DNA of 64,000 nt, taken from positions 12,822 through 76,821 of the forward strand of contig OZ241865.1 in assembly GCA_965203275.1 (NCBI GenBank), in the 5' to 3' direction. The stretch's first letter is position 1. Every line of letters starts with the position of its first letter. Shown piece after piece: positions 56,821-64,000 of this stretch. The DNA comes from Bdellovibrionales bacterium (GTDB taxonomy: Bacteria > Bdellovibrionota > Bdellovibrionia > Bdellovibrionales > JAUICD01). A program made the translations under genes and the position numbers. The notes under the pieces are model-generated. The model searched no databases and had not been told where the DNA came from. It saw nothing but the letters and a program-made list of their open reading frames with translations.

Positions 56821-57940
56821 TTAAGTCTTTGTTATTTTGAGGATCTCTTCTTGAGAAAGTCCAGAACATTTCATAATAGTTTGTAAGTCTATTTTATTTT
56901 TGATCATATTTAAAATAAGATCTCTTTGCCCTTCCTGTCGCCCTTCCTGTCGCCCTTTTTGCAACCCTTCTTGTAAGCCCTTTTGCAATCCTTCCTGTCG
57001 CCCTTCTTGCAGGCCTTTTTGTCGGGCATGATTTTGAATAATCTCACTAAATTTTAACATAACATCTCCTTGCCTTTGTTTTATTTCTTCCCCTACTTCT
57101 TCCATTGTTTTGATTAAAAGCTTTTCTGCCATGTTTCCATCGTATGTGCAGAAATACCTTACCAAATCATTTGTCATCTCTATTATATCTAACTTATCAC
57201 CACTTTCATAGTCCTTTTCATTAATAATATCATCTTTTTGTAATCTACCCACTTCTCTTTCGACAATTAAAATATTTTCCCTTATTTGTTTCACTAAAAG
57301 TAAACTAGCCTCTGGCTACTTTTGGGCATTGCTCTGACAGCTGTCGCTGTCCAAAAAGAGCAATGCCTCAAAAGTTCGTTTACTTTTAGTAAAGAGGATC
57401 TCCTTGCTTCTTAACACCATGTTAAGGAAAAAGAGTTTCATTTGTAAACCCGCTTGCTCTTGAGGTAATAAAAAAACTTTTTCCTTAACATGCTGTAAAG
57501 GAATAAAAGGATCCTCTCTACTCAAAATGAACAAGCTTTTGAGGTAGCTAGCCTTTTACGACGGCGGTAGCCGTCGGGCTAGCTACCCAAAAGTGGCCAG
57601 AGGCCAGTTCATTTTGAGTGAAAGAATAAAACAAGAATGAACGGATTGTACTTTGATGCTCTATGTTGAAAACAAGCTTTACAATCAAGTGAGAATTCTT
57701 CAATTTAACCGCAACAACTAGGTCACAAAGACCTTTCATATATCCAGAAAACTCTCCTTTTTCTATTGTGAGCGTTTTTAAATCTATGATGTTTAAGAGT
57801 TTCGAAGGCAATGTGATTTCAAGAAAGGCCATCGCAATAATTTTTTTTGAAAAAAGCCGTTGAAAAGCAATGTTATGAGGATGGGCTTTTGAAGAAGTGT
57901 CCTGTTGCATTTGTTTGATCTGCTTTGATTTTGATGGCAT
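56821..57940 (-). pseudogene. Rpn/YhgA-like PD-(D/E)XK nuclease (transposase-like) gene interrupted by a family-A inverted dimer
   Basis: The N-fragment (57940-57623) reads HPHNIAFQRLF...AMAFLEITLPSKLL...CDLVVAVKL...VFNIEHQST. The C-fragment (57288-56821) ends with QKGLQEGRQEGLQKGLQEGLQKGRQEGRQEGQRDLILNMIKNKIDLQTIMKCSGLSQEEILKI, the family-typical tail. The fragments are separated by 334 bp of repeat. Confidence 0.65.
57289..57622. mobile_element. Family-A inverted dimer (MITE-like, 334 bp) inserted in the rpn-like gene
   Basis: (+) unit at 57289-57435, connector at 57436-57485, (-) unit at 57486-57622. Termini tttcactaaaagt... and ...attttgagtgaa are inverted repeats. Deleting exactly 57289-57622 joins ...FLFYS to QIRENILIVE... 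in frame. Confidence 0.7.
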
Positions 57941-58055
57941 GACTGCTCCTTATTGTTCCTTTAGGTTCACTTGAAATTGCATGTCTCTTATTAACTACAT
58001 GAATTTTAAAACTATATCTTTGTTTGTTCTCGACTGCAAGCAAGAACATTCGGTT

Positions 58056-58560
58056 TGTTTCATTAAAAGTGGGCTGTTTCACTAAAAGTGGGCTGTTTCA
58101 CTAAAAGTGGGCTGTTTCACTCAAAATGAGCCACACCTCTGGTGTGTTTTTTGGTGTTGCCTGCAAAGGCTTTCGCCTTTGACAAAATAGGCAACACCTA
58201 AAAAATCCGCTCATTTTGAGTAGGGAAGGATCTCCTTGCTTTTAACACAATGTTAAGGAAACAAGATATTCGCTTCATCCTTGCCTGTCTGCTTGATGCC
58301 GGGTTGCCGGATCCCGGATCCCGGATAAACACGATGTTAAGGAAACAAGCTATTTATATTTATTTCACTCCCGGGATCCGGGATCAGGCAATCTGACATC
58401 CCGGGATCCCGGAACTGATGCCGGGTTGCCGGATCCCGGATCCCGGATAAACAGGATGTTAAGGAAACAAGATTTCCTTCTGATGTTTGCTCTGACAGCT
58501 ATCGCTGTCTAAAAAGAGCAATGTCGCAAAAAACTGCTCATTTTGAGTGAAAAAGAATAA
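58056..58560. repeat. Family-A repeat cluster: 3.5 tandem 19-bp left arms, 1 complete unit, head-to-head heptamer arrays and 1 partial unit
   Basis: Tandem arms at 58056-58112. Unit at about 58113-58265. Heptamer tracts at 58286-58326 and 58371-58448 (two orientations meeting head to head). Partial unit at 58480-58555. Confidence 0.9.
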
Positions 58561-58596
58561 AATAGATCTTTTTTGATGCTTTTTGGATGTACTTAG

Positions 58597-60282
<1,686 letters not shown>

Positions 60283-60284
60283 TG

Positions 60285-61090
60285 TTCATCCGGGATCTGG
60301 GATCCCGGACTGCCTGCTTGCCCGATCCCGGATCCCGGGAGCAAATGTTTTGTTTCCTTAACATGTAGTCAAAAAACGAAGATATCCTCTCTACTAAAAG
60401 TGGTCAAGCTTTCTAGGCGATGACCATTTTATCGACGTGAAGTAAGCATCTTGTTTCCTTAACATCGTGTCAAGAGACGAGAGGATCCTTTCTACTAAAA
60501 ATAAACGGATTTTTGAGGCATTGCTCTTTTTGGACAGCGTATAGCTGTCAGAGCAATGCCCAAAAACAGCCAGAGGCTGGTTTATTTTTAGTGAAACAGA
60601 ATCTAAAAGAAAATAAAAAAAAACAAAAAAATGAACTCACTCTGGGATCCGGGATCCGGGATCCGGCAGTCAGGCAGAGATGAAGCAAACGTCTTTTTTC
60701 CTTAACATGGTGTTAAAAAACGAGGAGATCCTCCCTACTCAAAATAAATGGATTTTCTAGGCAGTTAGCCTTTGATCGACGACGACAGTCGTCGGGCTAA
60801 CTGCCAGAAAACATGCCAGAGGCATGATGCATTTTGAGTGAAACAAACCCTTAACATGTGGTTAAGGGACGAAGGGATCCTTCCTACTAAAAGTGGTCAG
60901 GCTTTCTAGGTGATGACCATTTTATCGACGTGAAGTAAGCATCTTGTTTCCTTAACATCGTGTCAAGAGACGAGAGGATCCTTTCTACTAAAAATAAACG
61001 GATTTTTGAGGCATTGCTCTTTTTGGACAGCGTATAGCTGTCAGAGCAATGCCCAAAAACAGCCAGAGGCTGGTTTATTTTTAGTGAAAT
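60285..61090 (-). repeat. Family-A repeat cluster: 3 complete and 2 partial (-) units, 2 heptamer tracts and an internal ~205-bp segmental duplication
   Basis: Units at about 60447-60597, 60690-60845 (apex-symmetric variant) and 60945-61090. Heptamer tracts at 60286-60340 and 60643-60682. 60385-60598 is nearly identical to 60885-61090. Confidence 0.9.
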
Positions 61091-61567
61091 AATAAAAGGC
61101 CCAATAATATACAAAGAAATCAAGTTAAATTCAAAATTCAGCAATGAATTTCTGACCGATCACCTCAAAATTGACCTTCCGATTCTCTGAAAAAAGCTTA
61201 ACCTGGTGAATATATGAAATTAGAGATAGAAGGTTCAAGGAAGGGAAATTTTGAGGGAAACAGTCCACATATCTCTGAAAGAGGTACGTACGGGTAGATG
61301 AGGATCAACGAAGTTAGATAATAAAAGGCCCAATAATATACAAAGAAATCAAGTTAAATTCAAAATTCAGCAATGAATTTCTGACCGATCACCTCAAAAT
61401 TGACCTTCCGATTCTCTGAAAAAAGCTTAACCTGGTGAATATATGAAATTAGAGATAGAAGGTTCAAGGAAGGGAAATTTTGAGGGAAACAGTCCACATA
61501 TCTCTGAAAGAGGTACGTACGGGTAGATGAGGATCAACGAAGTTAGATAATAAAAGGCCCAATAATA
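61091..61567 (+). repeat. Family-B repeat: two apparently identical 229-bp tandem copies plus a 19-bp third start
   Basis: aataaaaggcccaataatatacaaag... restarts at 61091, 61320 and 61549 (period 229). The two full copies are identical as far as I can read. Confidence 0.9.
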
Positions 61568-61577
61568 GAAAAAAACA

Positions 61578-61605
61578 TTGACAATTAAAATAAAGTCTTT
61601 ATAAA
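61578..61605 (+). promoter_or_regulatory. Candidate sigma70-type promoter for the 121-aa gene
   Basis: TTGACA (61578-61583), 16-nt spacer, TATAAA (61600-61605). AAGGAGG RBS before ATG 61652. Confidence 0.4.
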
Positions 61606-61651
61606 ATAAAAAAATCTTAAACTTAACATTTATTAACAAGGAGGTTATATT

Positions 61652-62017
61652 ATGTCATTGTATGAATCTTTTGCACAGTTAAAATTTGATATACGCATGA
61701 AGGATTGGAATGTGAATCAAAATCTCGTTACAGAGAAAGAAATTAAAAAAAACTTAGAAAGCCTTAAAGATATGAGTGACAATGTTGAAGAAGTCTCTCT
61801 ATTTTCTACAGATCAAACACAAGATCCATCTAATGCTCCATCAGAAGATTCATCTTCTGATACATCTGATACATCACCACCTCAACAAGCCGTGTCAGCT
61901 CAAGATGATCATCTTAATCCTAATCTTAATCCTAATCCTAATCATCCTCAACCTCATAACACAGAAGAGACAAATCCTGTCAAAACAAATGAAGATCCTT
62001 CTAATCCATGGTGGTGA
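61652..62017 (+). CDS. Hypothetical protein with an acidic S/P/N-rich C-terminal half
   Basis: 121 aa. Strong RBS AAGGAGG 8 nt upstream. C-terminal NPNLNPNPNHPQPHN low complexity. No family recognised. Confidence 0.6.
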   Translation: MSLYESFAQLKFDIRMKDWNVNQNLVTEKEIKKNLESLKDMSDNVEEVSLFSTDQTQDPSNAPSEDSSSDTSDTSPPQQAVSAQDDHLNPNLNPNPNHPQPHNTEETNPVKTNEDPSNPWW

Positions 62018-62178
62018 CATAGGGGTGGTGATATAGGCTACTAAATAATTTCAAAATAAAACCATAATAGCTGTTAAAAGGAAGTAAAAAGAAAAGTCTA
62101 TGCAATATAACTCTTTGAGTCATTAATTCTACTAGAGATTTGCTTTGACCATGCCTCTTTGTTAAATTATACCCTATT

Positions 62179-63294
62179 ATGGAAGTTATAGAAGTCAAAA
62201 ACCAATCCCATCTTCGTCAATTTTTAAAATTACAACCACGTATCTATAAAGATCAGCCCCATTATGTTTGTCCTTTAAATATTCTTGTGAAAAAAATGAT
62301 CAAAGGATTGCATGTTCCCCAACAACATTTATTAATGGCTACCGAAAATAATCAATATATTGCTCGCATAGCTTTTAAGGTTCATAAATACAAATCTCAA
62401 ACCTTTCTTCATTTTGGATTTTTTGATTGTGTAGAAGGATACAGCAAAGCAGTCAGTCAGCTCATTGCATGGGGCCGTAATAAATATCCTCATTGGATTT
62501 TGAAAGGTCCTTATCATTTCACTATGGAAGATCCCTATATAGGTGTTTTAGTGGAAGGTTTTGATCAAGATCCTTATTTTTTAATGCCTTATAATTTTGC
62601 TTATTACGATGACTATTTACAAAAAGCTGGATTGAAAAAAGCTATGGACCTTTTTACTTATCAACTCACCAGAGAAAATATAGATCAACTACTAGCTCCC
62701 CTCCAACCTCAAGCACAAAAGGCACAAGAGCAAGGTATTACTGTTCGCTTTCCTCACCCTAAAAACCATCAAGAGTTTAAAGAAGAAGGCTATAAAGCTG
62801 TGAATATCTTTAATGACGCTCTTTCTGACAATTGGAATTTTGAAACATTTCAAGAAGCTCAGGCCAAAGAGTTAATTCAATTTTTTAAATATTTATTAGA
62901 TATGCGTATGGTGGCTTTTGCTATGAAGGATGGTCAAGAGATTGGTTGTTTAGTTATGGTCCCTAACTATAACCAGCTTATTAAACCACATAAAGGTAAA
63001 ATCACACCATTGTTGATCTACAAATACTTTCGAAGATATAAATATATTTCAAGTACAAGAGGTTATGTCTTAGGAGTTAAGAAGAAATACCATAGCATGG
63101 GTGTTGGTAGCTTACTGACAGTGAAGGTGTTTGAACAAGGCATGAAGTGTGGATATCAAGTGGGTGAAATTTCATGGATTTTAGGCAATAACGATAAAAT
63201 GAATCGGCTAGCTCAAACCATGTCAAAAGAAAATCAACATAACAAAGTTTATCGTGTATATGAGGCTCCACCTTTAAATGAAAATTCTAAATAG
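62179..63294 (+). CDS. Hypothetical protein, possibly a GNAT-fold acyltransferase (tentative)
   Basis: 371-aa uninterrupted ORF of ordinary composition. Only a weak resemblance to N-acyltransferase-like proteins, so the function is not supported by a clear motif. Confidence 0.6.
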   Translation: MEVIEVKNQSHLRQFLKLQPRIYKDQPHYVCPLNILVKKMIKGLHVPQQHLLMATENNQYIARIAFKVHKYKSQTFLHFGFFDCVEGYSKAVSQLIAWGRNKYPHWILKGPYHFTMEDPYIGVLVEGFDQDPYFLMPYNFAYYDDYLQKAGLKKAMDLFTYQLTRENIDQLLAPLQPQAQKAQEQGITVRFPHPKNHQEFKEEGYKAVNIFNDALSDNWNFETFQEAQAKELIQFFKYLLDMRMVAFAMKDGQEIGCLVMVPNYNQLIKPHKGKITPLLIYKYFRRYKYISSTRGYVLGVKKKYHSMGVGSLLTVKVFEQGMKCGYQVGEISWILGNNDKMNRLAQTMSKENQHNKVYRVYEAPPLNENSK

Positions 63295-64000
63295 CAAAAA
63301 TGACATTCAAAATATCAACATCCAAAAAATATCTATTTTAAATTTTGTATCTTTATGGACTCAACAAAATGCCTCTCAAAATAATGTGTTTTTAGATGTA
63401 CGATCCGAGAGAGAATTTTCAAATCAAAAGCTCCCTTTATTTACTTCTGCCTCACTTTTAAATAATCAGCAACATGCTCTGATAGGTACTATTTATAAGC
63501 AACAGGGAGCAGATCAGGCTCTAAAAGAAGGGTTCAGACTGTCACAGCTTCATTTAGAAGAAAGATTAAAACTTTGGAAAACCCTCACACAATCAAAAAA
63601 TGTTTTTATTATTTGTCTCAGAGGAGGTTTGCGTTCTCGCATTGTCGCTCACTATGTGCAGCACCTTGCACATAAATGTTATCAAGTGGAAGGAGGTTAT
63701 AAAGCTTTACGTTCTTTCTTGTTAGATCAGTTAAAATATTTAAACAAATATACTTTTTATATTCTCACAGGGAAAACAGGAAGTGGAAAAACAAAACTCC
63801 TCAATGAACTTAAAATGGAAGGAGTCATTGATTTAGAAAAGTTAGCTGATCACAAAGGTAGTAGCTTTGGCTATTATATAGATCGAAAGCAACCCACTCA
63901 ATCGAGTTTTGAAAATGCCTTATTGTTTGAATTATTAAAAGGCAGATTTTCACAAGATCATCCTTTTTATCTCTTAGAAGACGAAAGTCATTTGATTGGA
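63278..64000 (+). CDS. selU: tRNA 2-selenouridine synthase (SelU/MnmH), 5' part (runs off the right edge)
   Basis: My own translation from ATG 63278. Rhodanese part FLDVRSEREF...IGTIYKQQGADQA...IICLRGGLRSR, then P-loop ILTGKTGSGKTKLLNELKMEGVIDLEKLADHKGSSFG. Not in the ORF track because there is no stop in the window. Confidence 0.85.
   Translation, partial: MKILNSKNDIQNINIQKISILNFVSLWTQQNASQNNVFLDVRSEREFSNQKLPLFTSASLLNNQQHALIGTIYKQQGADQALKEGFRLSQLHLEERLKLWKTLTQSKNVFIICLRGGLRSRIVAHYVQHLAHKCYQVEGGYKALRSFLLDQLKYLNKYTFYILTGKTGSGKTKLLNELKMEGVIDLEKLADHKGSSFGYYIDRKQPTQSSFENALLFELLKGRFSQDHPFYLLEDESHLIG

Overview
AT-rich (about one-third G+C by eye) chromosomal segment from a diderm bacterium: BamD, LolCE/LolD and a T2SS pseudopilin operon are present. 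I cannot place it taxonomically from sequence alone. Housekeeping genes are pstB (partial), mutT-like NUDIX, bamD, hpt, gspGHIJK, tpiA-secG, pgk, lolC/E-lolD, gyrA, an alpha-oxoamine synthase, purQ-purL, pcnB, pyrG and selU (partial). Between them sit accessory genes for signal-peptide or lipoprotein-tagged proteins with repeat or eukaryote-like architectures. These are an mTERF-like helical-repeat protein, a protein with four tandem ~100-aa HTH-like units, and a ~1480-aa adhesin-like protein (PKD-like, 14 four-Cys repeats, vWA). There is also a metzincin-like protease, an OMP beta-barrel carrying one copy of the same four-Cys module, an ankyrin protein and two tandem paralogous lipoproteins ending in 7-bladed RCC1 propellers. 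No rRNA, tRNA or CRISPR array was seen. The most striking feature is non-coding. Nearly every intergenic gap is filled by a modular, GC-richer repeat family (family A). By eye there are about 30 complete and 15-20 partial copies, roughly 14% of the window. Each copy has a ~110-nt three-helix hairpin module and a ~45-nt tail module, often followed by arrays of the heptamer CCCGGAT. All three helices vary between copies by paired, complementarity-preserving changes. One 334-bp inverted-dimer copy interrupts an Rpn/YhgA-like nuclease gene, and removing it restores the reading frame, so the family is or was mobile. I do not recognise it as a named family (REP/BIME, ERIC, BOX, RUP, Correia, RPE). 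A second repeat family (229 bp, exact tandem duplication plus a diverged inverted copy), a compact IS4-superfamily element and several simple-sequence tracts near surface-protein genes are also present. Coordinates of non-ORF features were read by eye and may be off by a few nt.
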